The position numbers were made by a program, and so were the translations under genes. A model generated the notes under the pieces. It saw only the letters and a program-made list of their open reading frames with translations. It made no database searches and was not told the origin of the DNA. Of a DNA stretch of 64,000 nt, positions 50,665-63,153 are shown piece after piece (the first letter of the stretch is position 1; each line of letters begins with the position of its first letter). The DNA comes from Rhynchobatus australiae. Taxonomy: Eukaryota. Where the stretch lies: assembly GCA_034780895.1 (NCBI GenBank), contig JAUZTB010000001.1, positions 72,464,337 through 72,528,336 on the forward strand. Reading direction: 5' to 3'.

Positions 50665-51822
50665 TAATGGTCTGTCACTGCATAACGGTGGGGTGCAGGA
50701 ATGGTGGGTACCAGTCCGTCACTGTGCAGAACTGGATACAGAAAACACTGTGATCTCCACAATGGTGGGCACAAAAATGCCACTGTGGAACACTGGGGTA
50801 CTGAACTGATGGGTACAGTGCTACACAGCACCAGAACTGCTCCCACCAGAATTATACCCCAGTGTTATAATGTGAGAGATCTGTACCCACTAATGTTACA
50901 CAGTAGCAGACCTATCCCCAGCAATACTGTACCCAAGAGTTATGCAGTGACTGACCTGTACATCCACCAACACTGAAACCCAGTTTTACACAGTGATAGA
51001 CCACTATCCACCACTACTGTAACTCAGTGTAGCAGTGGACCTGTGCCCACCACTAGCGTAGCCCAGATTTATACAGCAACAGACCCATCCCCACCAGTAC
51101 AGTACCCCAGTTTTACACAGTGACAGATCTGTTCCCACCAGCACTGTACCCCAGTGTTACACAGGTACAAACCTGGTCCCCAGCACTATTACATGCAGTG
51201 CCCACTAGTATTATACCTGAGTCTTATACAGTGACAGGCCTGTCCCAACCTGTATAGAATAACAGAGTTGTACAGTGACAAACCTGTCTCCATCAGTACT
51301 GTGCCCCAGTTATACTGTAATATACCTGTACCCAGCACTACTATATCTATTTTGTACAGTGACAGACCCACACCCACCAGGTACTGTACCTGAGCCTTAT
51401 ACAGTGAAAGACCTGCTGCTACCAGTACTCCACACCAGTGTTATACAACTACAGACCCATCACATAGGTACTGTACCCCACACTTATACAGTGACAGATC
51501 CATCCCCAGCTGTCTTGTACTCAAATGTTAAACAGGGACAGACCTGTCCCCATCAGTTCTATACCCCAGTGTTATACAGTGAAGACCTGTCCCCACCAGT
51601 ACTGTATCCCAGTGTTATTCAGTGACAGACACATCCCCACCAGTAACGTATCCCAGTGCTATTCAGTGACAGACTCATCCCCACCAGTACTGTACCTCAG
51701 TGTTAAACAGAGACAGACCTGCCCCATCAGTACTGTACCCCAGTGTTATACAGTGACAAACTGGTGGCCACCAGTATTCTACCCCAGTGTATTACAGTGA
51801 CAGACCTGTGACCACCAGTACA
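50665..51822 (+). repeat. ~41-bp minisatellite array (consensus about ccagtactgtaccccagtgttatacagtgacagacctgtcccca), with an inverted segment at its left end
   Basis: More than 20 diverged head-to-tail units from about 50830 to 51822. The stretch 50665-50820 holds reverse-complement units (ggtctgtcactgcataac, aacactggggtactg). Confidence 0.9.
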
Positions 51823-52189
51823 CCTGCCTCTATAAGTTGGTATGGATCTGGATTCAATGCATTTCCTACCCCCACATTATCTTTGGTCCATGGGATCTTA
51901 TAGCTAACCTCCCAATTCCAGGTTAAATCATGCCTCCAGCTCAGGGCCTGGCCATGAACCTGAGTGTGTGGCTAACTGGTTGGGTGCTAGACAACTCTTG
52001 CCAGAGCCAGCATCAGCTCAATGTGAAAACTTTGCAAAAATTCTGGTTCTTGACAGCTGTAATGTGCCATGTTGGAAAGTGTTCATTTCTGAGCTTATTT
52101 CAATTGAGCCTTGTTTCAATTATAATTTTTTTTTCCTGATCTATTTGTATTCAGTCCTTCATCGAACATAAAAAAAAGGAACAGAGTAA

Positions 52190-53000
52190 GGCCTCTTAAC
52201 CTTACAGCCTGTTGAACCAAATTAATATGAACAGAGCTAATCCAATGCAACCTCAACTCTGCATTCCTGCTCTATCTCTGGTAACCTTCTACTCCTGCTT
52301 ATCAAGAATCTGTCTAAGCTCTGCCTTAAAAATATTCAAGGGCTCTGCTTCCACCATGCTTTGAAGAAGAGATGCAAGAGAATAAATTTCACCTCATCCG
52401 TGTCTCAAATGTGTGATGACTTAGTTTTAAACATTCTTCTAACTGTAGATTCTCCCACAAGAGGAAACATCCTCTTCACATCCACTCTGTCAAGTTTTCT
52501 CAGGATCTTTTGTGTTTCAAGTTACCTCACGGTCTTCTGAACTCCAGCGGACGTAAACTTGGCCTGGCCAACCTCTTACAAAACAACCAGCCAATCCCAG
52601 GTGGTAGTCTAGTAAACCTTCCATTGTATTCACATCCTTCTTTAAGTAGAGACCAACACTGTGCATGCATGTGGTTTCACAAATGGCCTATATAAATGAA
52701 GCATAACTTCCTTCCTTCTGTACTCGATTCCCTTCACAATCAACCATAACATTTAGCGAGCTTTCCTAATTACCTGCTGTACCTGCATTTGTGAATCACA
52801 CGTTAAAAACCCAGATCCCTTTGCATCTCAGACCCCTGCAGACTTTCATCATTCACATAACATGCTTTTGCCTTCCCCTGCCAAAATGGACCATTTCACA
52901 TTTTCCTCCATTACTCTCCATTTGCCAGATGCCCACTTTGCCCACTGACATACCCTATCCCTTTGTGGCCTCCTTATGTTCTCTTCACAACTTACTTTCC
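52190..53000 (-). mobile_element. CR1 LINE RT C-terminal and 3' fragment
   Basis: Reverse complement of CR1 motifs (ccaaaatggaccatttcacatttt corresponds to KCE.VHFG; ccttaaaaatattcaag lies in the ORF2 C-terminal region). Confidence 0.75.
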
Positions 53001-56000
53001 TCTCTGTGTTATCAGCATTTTATCAGTTTCCACCCCTTGGAACATAACTTAGGGGTGAAATTAACTTGAACATATTAAAAACAATTGCAGCTCAAGATGA
53101 AGTCTTGATCTCGCTATCTACCACGTTGTGGGCCTTGCACTTTATTTGTCAACCTGCACTGCACTTTCTCTGTATCTGTAACACTATATTCTGCATTCTG
53201 TTTTTTTACTTTTTACTATCTCAATGTACTTATGCATGGAATGATCTGTCAGGAAGGCATGCAAACAAATGCCTTTCACTATATCTCGGTAAATGTGACA
53301 ATAATAAACCAATTATCAATTCCATTCAAGCTTTAGATTTAAAGGGAGTTAGCTGGCAAGATTTATTTCACTGACATGAAGGTGCATGTTATTAATCAGC
53401 ATGTGAAGCCCACATCCCTTGAATGAATATATATACAGTATAGAAAATCACTGANNNNNNNNNNNNNNNNNNNNNNNNNNNNNNNNNNNNNNNNNNNNNN
53501 NNNNNNNNNNNNNNNNNNNNNNNNNNNNNNNNNNNNNNNNNNNNNNNNNNNNNNNNNNNNNNNNNNNNNNNNNNNNNNNNNNNNNNNNNNNNNNNNNNNN
53601 NNNNNNNNNNNNNNNNNNNNNNNNNNNNNNNNNNNNNNNNNNNNNNNNNNNNNNNNNNNNNNNNNNNNNNNNNNNNNNNNNNNNNNNNNNNNNNNNNNNN
53701 NNNNNNNNNNNNNNNNNNNNNNNNNNNNNNNNNNNNNNNNNNNNNNNNNNNNNNNNNNNNNNNNNNNNNNNNNNNNNNNNNNNNNNNNNNNNNNNNNNNN
53801 NNNNNNNNNNNNNNNNNNNNNNNNNNNNNNNNNNNNNNNNNNNNNNNNNNNNNNNNNNNNNNNNNNNNNNNNNNNNNNNNNNNNNNNNNNNNNNNNNNNN
53901 NNNNNNNNNNNNNNNNNNNNNNNNNNNNNNNNNNNNNNNNNNNNNNNNNNNNNNNNNNNNNNNNNNNNNNNNNNNNNNNNNNNNNNNNNNNNNNNNNNNN
54001 NNNNNNNNNNNNNNNNNNNNNNNNNNNNNNNNNNNNNNNNNNNNNNNNNNNNNNNNNNNNNNNNNNNNNNNNNNNNNNNNNNNNNNNNNNNNNNNNNNNN
54101 NNNNNNNNNNNNNNNNNNNNNNNNNNNNNNNNNNNNNNNNNNNNNNTGCAGTGGGAATCTACACTGTTGGGGACTGTCTTTTGGATATAATATTAAGTGA
54201 GATCCCAATGTGAGGTGAAAATTAGAAGAGTGTGAAGGTTGAAGGGTTGCAGTGGGACTGAGATAGGGAGGGGAGAGGACATAGAAGGATTTGAAAACAA
54301 ACATGATAAATTTAGAAGGAAATAACTGCAGAAAATGGATATCTGGAATAAAAATATCCATTGCTGGAAACACTCAGCAAATTATCTCTGGAAAGGGAAA
54401 CAAAATTAGTGTTTCAATAAGAAGACCTTTCTTCAGAACCATAGTGAGAAATTTGGTACCAGTGTTGCCAGATCATCGGTGAACAAGGGCTGCTGGATGA
54501 ACAGCGCTGAGTGTGAGTTCAGAAGGGAGCAGCAGAGCTTTGAATGAGCTTTCAGATCTTTGTTCTCCCCCTTTTCTGGTTTCTTGCGCACCCTCCATTT
54601 CTATCACTTTGTCTTCATCAGTACCTTAAGCTGCCTCGACCTGATCTCCAGAGTTCCCTCTTTAAAGCACTCTCCTCTTCTGAATTGTTCTGAAAATCTA
54701 TCACATTAACGTAGCTTTTTGTCACATCCTAATCTATTATGTGGATCCATTACATGTTGTTTGATTATGCTCCTGTGAAGTAGCTTGGGATAATTTAGTT
54801 CTTAGAGGTGCTTTATAAATGCAAGTGGGTTTTCTTCCTTTCCCTATATTTCTTCTTCTTCCCTTTCTCCTTTCCTTCATCATGGATCATTGAATGAACA
54901 ATCTAGTTAGTGCCTTCCCTTTGATTTTTATTCAGCAGGGCACCCTTGAACAGATTACTTCAGAAAACCAATCTCTAATCTCCAAGAAACAATATTAACA
55001 AATGACAATTTCTTTTAGTGCTTCTAATTATATTGCTTTGGCAAAGATTTTTCTTTGGCAGTAAAGAACAGTTTGTTCCAAAATGTGACATGTAGCAGCT
55101 TTTGTCCTTTATTAAACAGTTTCTTTACATGGTTTGCTATAATGTATATACACGGAGCTCATCTTTTGTGAATTCTGGCAGGGCTGGTGGCCCAACATTT
55201 CAGAGTTGTTTGCTCCACATCCTAACAGTCTACCCCCATCCACCCAACTTGCATCCCAGTATATTCTTGTGCATTGAGTTGGTCTGTATCACAAGGGTTG
55301 AGATTTCACGGGGTAAAATAAGTGGAATGTTTACTTAACACAGTGGAATTCCAAAGCACAAAAGTTCAGCAAAATACTGCATGGGACTGATACAGCAATG
55401 GCTTAGTTACCTGCTTATTAAGGCTTTGGGCTGTCCATTTTGCTTCAGACCTATATTTTAACTTGGTGACTTTTATTTAGAACAGTAGAGCCAGGACCAG
55501 ACCCACCCCTATCCTCTGAGGGCTGAGGCAGGGTGACCCGCTTTCTCCCATTTTAATTAATGGGATTGTGGATACTTTATTGTGCTCCTTGTATAGGGAT
55601 GGTTACAGTTTTGATTTAGGGATGGGCAATTTTTATTGCAAGGGCATGTCGAAGAACCTCAAGATTGTGGAGAGATTTTCTTTATAAAATAAAGCAGCTT
55701 TGAGGTAAATATAACAAAAAACGCAGGTTTTTGTACGGAGTTGAAAAGTAACACTACTATTTTTAATGCTGTTAAAGATGCTCAATTACCAAATGAGTTA
55801 GATTGAAATCAAGGTTCAGAGCTTAAATGGCCATAGTCCAACCCACTGTCCAACTTAATCCTCCCAAATGCTTTGTATGAAATGTGCAATTTGTGACCCG
55901 TTGTATTTGGTATCAAACTATCCCCAAACCTACACATCAACAGCATTTAAAACTAAAGAAAATAGAACCAGTTGGTAATCCATTGAAAATCACGGCAGCA

Positions 56001-56082
56001 CTATCATGTGAGGAACAAAGACCATGTAGAACTTTAATTTAATGTTCTTCTATAGATTGTGACATTAGCTTCACATGGAAAG

Positions 56083-56980
56083 AATTGCCCCTCTGTATTT
56101 TCCTATACCCCTACATTTTATTCTCCTCACACATGCCCATGAGCTCCCCTTTTGTTCTTTTTTTTCATTAACGTGCACAAAAAGCTTTATTTTCAGTCAC
56201 CATTAACCTACAAGGAGGGAAAGGGCAAATGTTAGCTGAAGTTTAAAGAGAAATTCCAGTGTAGTGTTGAGCAAGTGTTGCAATATCAGAGCTGACGTCT
56301 TTCACCTGATGTGGATCAGGTGCATGTAAAAGATCCCATCGCTCTGTTGAACAGCAGGTGAGTTCATCCTAATGTTCTGGTCAGCACTTTATGCCTCAGC
56401 CAACATTGCTAAATATAGATTATCAGATCATTATCTTTCTACAGTGTGCTGTGCCCAAACTGGCTGTTGTATTTTCAATATTACAACTGCAAAAACTGTT
56501 TTATGAAATTATGACAATGATGAAAACTATGAGATTATGAAAATCACCTGGTAAATGTAAATTCTTTCATTCTCTTTTTCCCACCAAGAAATGACCAAAG
56601 GGAGCCCTTTAAGCTATTTCTCCTCAATTTATTACACTCAGTTTATGAAACCTAGAACAACACAGGAAACCATTCAACCCATTGGAGTCCATGCCATCTC
56701 CCAGNNNNNNNNNNNNNNNNNNNNNNNNNNNNNNNNNNNNNNNNNNNNNNNNNNNNNNNNNNNNNNNNNNNNNNNNNNNNNNNNNNNNNNNNNNNNNNNN
56801 NNNNCCCATTGGAGTCCATGCCATCTCCCAGGAGAGCAAACCCATTAGTCCAATTGTCCCTCTGTATTCTCCTATACCCCTACATTTTATTCGTCTCAGA
56901 CATGCCCATAAACTCCCCCTTTGTTCTTTTTTTCCATTAACCTGCACAAAGAGCTTATTTTCAGTCACCATTAACCTACC
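56083..56980. repeat. Local ~125-bp direct duplication (about 56083-56210 and 56852-56980) of a SINE-like fragment
   Basis: aattg.ccctctgtatt.tcctatacccctacattttattc...ttattttcagtcaccattaacctac is present twice with scattered substitutions. Confidence 0.85.
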
Positions 56981-57314
56981 AGCACATTTTTGGCATTTGA
57001 GAGGAACCTGGAGCAGCCAGAGAGACCCACATAGGCATGGAGAATAACAACTCATTTGTTTCAATAGTTCAAAGAGCAGTGAAATTTAAGCCTGCAAGGG
57101 CATTGTGACTTTTTGCTGTTATATAAAATAATTTTAAGTTGTAATCAATCTTGCCTTGTATTCATTTGACTGACACTGGTAAAAGTTTTGACTTTATTCA
57201 AACAGATGGATCAATAGGTATTAGTACTTAAACAAAAGTTGATGGAGTATGGTTGAGAATTACATGCCCCATTGGGCCCGAGGTAAAATTTGTGAAGGTG
57301 CAACTTTTTAGGAT

Positions 57315-57670
57315 CATAGAGAGCTGCAGTACAGAAACAGGCCCTTCAGCCCACCGAGTCCTCACCAACCATCAACCACCCATTTACACCAATCCTACAT
57401 TAATCCCTTTCTTGTTATTCTCCCCACATCCTCTTCAACTCCCTCCAGATTCTACCACTCACTTGCACAATAGGAGCAATTTAGAGTGGCCAATTAACCC
57501 ACCAATCCACATATCTTTGGAATATGTAGGGGAAACTGGAGCACCAGGAGGAAACCCATGTTGTCACAGGAAGAACATGCAAATTTCACACAGACAGCAC
57601 CTGAAGCCAGGATCAAACCTGGGTCTCTGGCACAGTGAGGCAGCAGTTCAACTAGTTGCAACACTGTTCC
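57315..57670 (-). mobile_element. tRNA-derived V-domain SINE
   Basis: Full-length reverse copy (acagaaacaggcccttcagccc ... cacacagacagcacc ... gtgaggcagcag). Confidence 0.85.
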
Positions 57671-58309
57671 ACCCTTTTTCTTTTCTCCTTCTCGGGTACA
57701 TCTTGAATTCCCTCCTAAACCTTCAACTTTCACAATCTATTCCAGATAAAGTCCCGTTTTCATACACCCAACTACAAAAGTAATTCACAGCATCAAATTG
57801 TGTTCATTCCACAGAATGGGATGCAACTCTTTTTGTCTAATCATACTTTTACATTCAAATTCCTTTGACCAATATCTTTCCCACTGCCCAACCCATTCGA
57901 TTTGATCAATTGTGACACTGCTTACACAGCACAAATCTTGAGACTCCTCTATCAGTTTTATCACTTAAGTACTAGCTTTACNNNNNNNNNNNNNNNNNNN
58001 NNNNNNNNNNNNNNNNNNNNNNNNNNNNNNNNNNNNNNNNNNNNNNNNNNNNNNNNNNNNNNNNNNNNNNNNNNNNNNNNNNNNNNNNNNNNNNNNNNNN
58101 NNNNNNNNNNNNNNNNNNNNNNNNNNNNNNNNNNNNNNNNNNNNNNNNNNNNNNNNNNNNNNNNNNNNNNNNNNNNNNNNNNNNNNNNNNNNNNNNNNNN
58201 NNNNNNNNNNNNNNNNNNNNNNNNNNAGCTAAAGCCGTAGACAGCTGGGAAACTCTTCATATTTTCAGTTCCCCCATTTCTACCAAAAGAAATCATCTTT
58301 TGCAACAGG

Positions 58310-58665
58310 AAAGGACAGCACAATGGCACAGCCTCGCAGCACCAGAGATATGGGTTCAGTCCTGACCTCAGGAGTTGTCTGTGTGGAGTTTGCACGTTTT
58401 CCCTGTTTCCTCTGAGTGCTCCAGTATCCTCCAATATTCCAAAGATGTGCAGGTTGGTAGGTTAATTAGACACTGCAAGTTGCCCCTAGTGTGTAGGTGA
58501 GTAGCAGAATCTTGAATTGTGTGTGTGTGTGTGTGTGGGGGGGTGGGTCAGAGAATAGCTGAGAATGTGGGGAGAGTGAGATTATTGTAGGATTAGTGTA
58601 AATGAGTGGTTGATGGCTGGACATGATAGGCCAAGGAGCCTGTTTCCGTGCTGTACCTCTCTATC
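58310..58665 (+). mobile_element. tRNA-derived V-domain SINE with internal (TG)n
   Basis: gggttcagtcctgacctc, tgtgtggagtttgcacgttttccc and gcctgtttccgtgctgta. Confidence 0.85.
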
Positions 58666-59654
58666 TCTTTGTCATAGTGTCTATGAGAAATCAGACTGTG
58701 CAGCAGTTGTACAGAACAGTAGCTTGAAGGAACATTTAATTCAAGGTACATTTAAGTAATGTAATGCCCAGATCCTCAAAATACCCTAAAAGGTCCAAAT
58801 TTGTGCAATATGCATTCAGCATAAAAGGGCAGCAGAATTCAGGAGGCTGCTTTCGGTACTGGAGTCATGAGGTGCAAAATCTGCAGAAATCCCTTTGGCC
58901 CTGTGCTCACTGTAATCAGATAGATTGCAGTAGCAGCACCGTATGATGTCACACTGAAGCTGGCTCCCTGTGTTTATACTCTGTAGCTGCTGCTATGCAG
59001 AATGGAAATTCTAAGCATAATGCATCTTAGAGTTCTCATACACTTTACTAAAGAAAATTAATCCCACATATTCTTCTGTTTTCCCACCCTCTGCCTTCAC
59101 ATTTTGATGACTGGTTCCACACTGAAAATCATCACCTGCTCAACATGTTTTATGCAAATATTTAATTGGCTTTTAATAACACCTTTCATGCCACTTCACA
59201 AACCAAAATACACTGAGATTCTTATTATATGAGGAAGCTTGAAAACAAAGTTCTCAAAATAGTCTATCCACTTTGTTGATCTGTGTTATTTGCAGGGCAC
59301 NNNNNNNNNNNNNNNNNNNNNNNNNNNNTGGATAACAATTTCCAGGTGCATCAGGAGACCCCAAGCAATCATGGTTTAATAACTCATCTGATCATCCGGC
59401 ATTCCTTCAACATGGATTTGATGGGTTGAATAGGATCCCTCTTTTCCATAACAATTTTATGATTCTATTCCAGTGCAGTCCAGATTATGCCTTGAATGTC
59501 TGACCTCCCAATCCAGGGTGATATAAACCAAATTTCTTGCCATTTTTGATATATATTCAAAACTGGTGGTCCATTTATCCAAAGGCTAGGTGTGTTTGCT
59601 GTTCTTTCCATTCTAGCCCTGCAGTCTTCAGTTCTCCCCAGCCCAAGATAATTA

Positions 59655-59943
59655 TTCTTTATTAGTCACATATACATCAAAACACACGGTGAAATGCATC
59701 TTTTGCATAGAGTGTTCTGGGGGCAGCCCACAAGTGTCACCAAGCTTCCGGTGCCATCAGAGCATGCCCACAACTTCCTAACCCATACGTCTTTGGAATG
59801 TGGGAGGAAACGGGAGCAGCCAGAGGAAACCCATGCTGTCATGGGGAGAACGTACAAATTCCTTACAGACAGCAGCTGGAATTGAACCCTGGTCACTGGC
59901 GCTGTAATAGTGTTACGCTAACCGCTACACTTCCATGCCGCCC
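59655..59943 (-). mobile_element. tRNA-derived SINE with a Rex1/Babar-like 3' tail
   Basis: Minus strand reads gggcggcatgg..tagcggttagc..gggttcaattcc head, V-like core, then gcaaaagatgcatttcaccgtgtg...atgtgactaataaa. Confidence 0.75.
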
Positions 59944-60094
59944 ATGGCATGGTAGTTGTGGTGATCAGAACTGGTCCCAATGCTGCCAATTTGTGGGTTT
60001 GTAATTATGCAATCAAAGCAAAGGTGGTCTGGATTCCTCAATGAGACAAGTGAGAACGTTCATAAGTAACGACACTGAACAGCTGAAAAAAATG

Positions 60095-60340
60095 GGGCGG
60101 CATGGTAGCAAAGCAGTTAGCACGATGCTATTACAGCACCAGCGATTGGGGTTCGATTCCCGTCGCTACTGTAAGGAGTTTGTACATTCTCCCATGTCTG
60201 CATGGGTTTCCTCAGGGTGCTCCGGTTTCCTCCTACATGCTAAAGATGTACGGGTAGGTTAACATGGGTTTAAAATGGGCAGCACAGACTCATTGGGATG
60301 GAAGGGCCTGTTACCACACTGTAAATAAAATTAAAAAAAA
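60095..60340 (+). mobile_element. tRNA-derived SINE with a CR1-like 3' tail
   Basis: gggcggcatggtagc..ggggttcgattccc head, V-like core, gaagggcctgtt tail and A-rich end. Confidence 0.8.
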
Positions 60341-61570
60341 ATTGTTTTAATTAAATTTAGAACTAGACCAGAACCGAAGAACTGAGTGGCAGCAACCAGA
60401 CAGATAGGAGTTAAAAAAGGAAGATCTTGCGTGCATCTAGCACTTTTTTTTTCTGACAAAGCCAATGAGAGCACTTCTAGTGTGAGCATTGGGACCATTT
60501 CTCATCACCACATCTCTTGGGCTGGTGGGGGGGGGAGGAACTGAAGAAAGCAGACCTAGAATTTTTTTGGAAGAAGCATATTGTGAGGGATGAGTTTGAT
60601 TAAACTGCCAGAGACCTGGGAGTTAACTTGCAGAAGACATGTATATCACAGGACAAGGCAGCTGTAGGCAGAGACAGCAAGATAGCTGCTTGCATATAAA
60701 AAAAGTAGGTAAAAGGTGNNNNNNNNNNNNNNNNNNNNNNNNNNNNNNNNNNNNNNNNNNNNNNNNNNNNNNNNNNNNNNNNNNNNNNNNNNNNNNNNNN
60801 NNNNNNNNNNNNNNNNNNCGACTCTGCAGACTCGTAAATAAATGGTTTTCTTGTTTCCACGACTTTGTCTCTGGCATGGTGATTGTGAGCACGGACCATA
60901 TCTCACAATATTTTTTTAGAATGTTAATAAGGGAGAAGAGGAGGAATGTGGAAAGGAATTCCAGACCAGCTGAAGGCATATGGACATTGGCAGCAATGCC
61001 ATGTCCAGAACTGGGGGATAGAAAGGAAGGTTGGAGCAAGACTACACCAGCCTTTAAGCACAAGTGAAGGAATGAGATGTTACCTGACCAGTGTGAGCAG
61101 GGCTTGGTGGAGTTAGTGCAAGGGACACAGATCAAAACAAAAGCAGTTACATCCTTCCTTGAACATTCACAGTGCAACCAGGAATTCAATGTGCTACTTT
61201 GTTGCAATTGAGTCTGTTTAAAGGGGCATTCCACTGACATCAGCTGACCTGACTGAGCAGCTTCACAACTCACTGTGGGCAGCCCAAACACCTTCCAAAA
61301 ACATTAGAACGTGATGATTACACCACCAGGCAGTCCTTTCTCCGGCACTTAGCTGCTGACCTACTCATTCCCTGTGTGCCTGAGTGGTGACGCCGCTTAA
61401 AGCTCTCCATTAACAACCCTTCTAGCTGAAATAAGGCGGTATCAGCAGCAATGCCAGCAGTTGCCACACCAGTGTTGATTATCTTCATTCTCTGCACAAT
61501 GAAGTTTGTTATTCCCCCCCAAATGAAGGCGAATTTCAACAGTGCTGTTGTGTTCAAAAGCACTTGTTAA

Positions 61571-61759
61571 ATGTGGGATGAGGGGGCCCGCATTGTGAGC
61601 CTCTCTCACCAGGAGGCGAGCACCCTGGGGAGCCTGTTCGACCAGCAGAGTGTTAACAATGCCCTGCCGGCACCACCGGAAGGGATTGGGTACGACACAA
61701 CCCTGTGGGATCGGGTAGTGACCGCCATGAGGGTCCGGTACCCTACCCTTCTCGAGTGA
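61571..61759 (+). pseudogene. gag: ERV gag (capsid N-terminal region) fragment, ERV-L type
   Basis: WDEGARIVSLSHQEASTLGSL...TLWDRVVTAMRVRYP follows the recalled ERV-L Gag pattern WDxGA..L...EA..LGSL....LW.R...A...RYP. Confidence 0.7.
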
Positions 61760-62620
61760 GAAATTCATGGATGCCCCCTCTGGTGTCAGGAACACTGGCA
61801 TTTTATTTGGGACCGGGCAACTCACAGAGAGATTTTGGTCCACCATGTGGATGCCCAGACCCACAAAAATACAGAGGACACTATACACAATGCCGCTGTG
61901 GACCAGGCTGCCCAAATATGCTCCAGATTAAACCAACCTCAGTGCTTTAGCTGAGTGGGCACACCGCAAAAGTGGGCATCTAGGGGCCGATGGTACATGG
62001 TGTCGGGCGCAGCACAATTCGGGGTTGCTCTGACATTGGATCAATGTAAGACCAGTGTTGCTAACTGCCGTATCTGTCAGCAAGTGAAGCCACGAGGTTG
62101 GCCAGCAGGGCCGCCGGGTCGCATTTGCCGCGGCGCGGGAGTGGGTCACATGTGGCAGATTGACTATATCGGACCGCTCCCACGCCAAAACAAAAAGCAG
62201 TACGCCCCAACGATGGTGGACACATACTCCAGTGTCCTGGTGATGGTGAGAGGGCTGACCAGAATAGCACCATCAAAGGATTGCAGCACCTCTCCTCCAT
62301 CTATGGAGTCCCATGGGAGGTACAATCCGATCAGGGCTCACACTTTGCTGGGGCTAAAGCCCAGAACTGGGCTGCTGAGGTGGGGCTCTTGTGGCTGTCC
62401 CACATACCCTATCACCCACAGGCATCAGGCCTGATTGAGAGAATGAACGGCCTGCTAAAGAAAAAATCTGCACGCTAACGCCCTCCCGCACACTGCAGGG
62501 GTGGTTGAGCGTGCTGCAGCAGGCTGTCGACCAGTTGAATACACAGCCCACTGGCCAAGGGGGGTCCCCACTGTCCCGCCATCTGGCACACTCCCCACCT
62601 GCCGACTTGGAAGACACCGA
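61760..62620 (+). pseudogene. pol: ERV pol 3' part (RNase H C-terminal half and integrase), frameshifted
   Basis: PLWCQEHWHFIW..ILVHHVDAQTHKNTEDTIHNAAVDQAAQI; WAHRKSGHLG and CRICQQ (HHCC); WQIDYIGPLP; MVDTYS; VQSDQGSHF; HIPYHPQASGLIERMNGLLK (D,D35E). Confidence 0.93.
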
Positions 62621-63153
62621 ACCCCCTGAGACTGAGGACTCAGGGAGAGTATGGGTACNNNNNNNNNNNNNNNNNNNNNNNNNNNNNNNNNNNNNNNNNN
62701 NNNNNNNNNNNNNNNNNNNNNNNNNNNNNNNNNNNNNNNNNNNNNNNNNNNNNNNNNNNNNNNNNNNNNNNNNNNNNNNNNNNNNNNNNNNNNNNNNNNN
62801 NNNNNNNNNNNNNNNNNNNNNNNNNNNNNNNNNNNNNNNNNNNNNNNNNNNNNNNNNNNNNNNNNNNNNNNNNNNNNNNNNNNNNNNNNNNNNNNNNNNN
62901 NNNNNNNNNNNNNNNNNNNNNNNNNNNNNNNNNNNNNNNNNNNNNNNNNNNNNNNNNNNNNNNNNNNNTGAGACTGAGGACTCAGGGAGAGTATGGGTAC
63001 AACAGCCACAGGGTCCCCCTCACGCATGGTCCTGGAGACACCTGTTGGGTCGTGATTCCGGGTCACACTAATCTGTCCTGTCTTCATACCTGACACCTGA
63101 CCCAACTAGAATGAACCTGTTCCTCAACCACCCCCCCACGCCCTACAGTACAA

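Noticed and set aside
50830-51822. Regularly spaced repeats superficially like a CRISPR array
   Set aside because: The units are contiguous and diverged with no unique spacers, the context is vertebrate and there are no cas genes. It is a minisatellite.
55405-55470. Possible non-coding first exon and TATA-like element for the microprotein gene (minus-strand CAG|gtaact donor); another candidate donor lies near 45755
   Set aside because: Donor-like motifs are common and nothing distinguishes the candidates. Needs 5' RACE or CAGE.
60819-61291. About 157 stop-free codons on the minus strand upstream of the ERV
   Set aside because: No domain signature or exon boundaries. Compatible with chance.
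62627-63000. Identical 32-bp sequence on both sides of the N gap inside the ERV (similar cases at about 56678/56804 and 15753/15885)
   Set aside because: Exact duplication flanking a gap is typical of unmerged contig overlap, so it is not accepted as a biological repeat or LTR.
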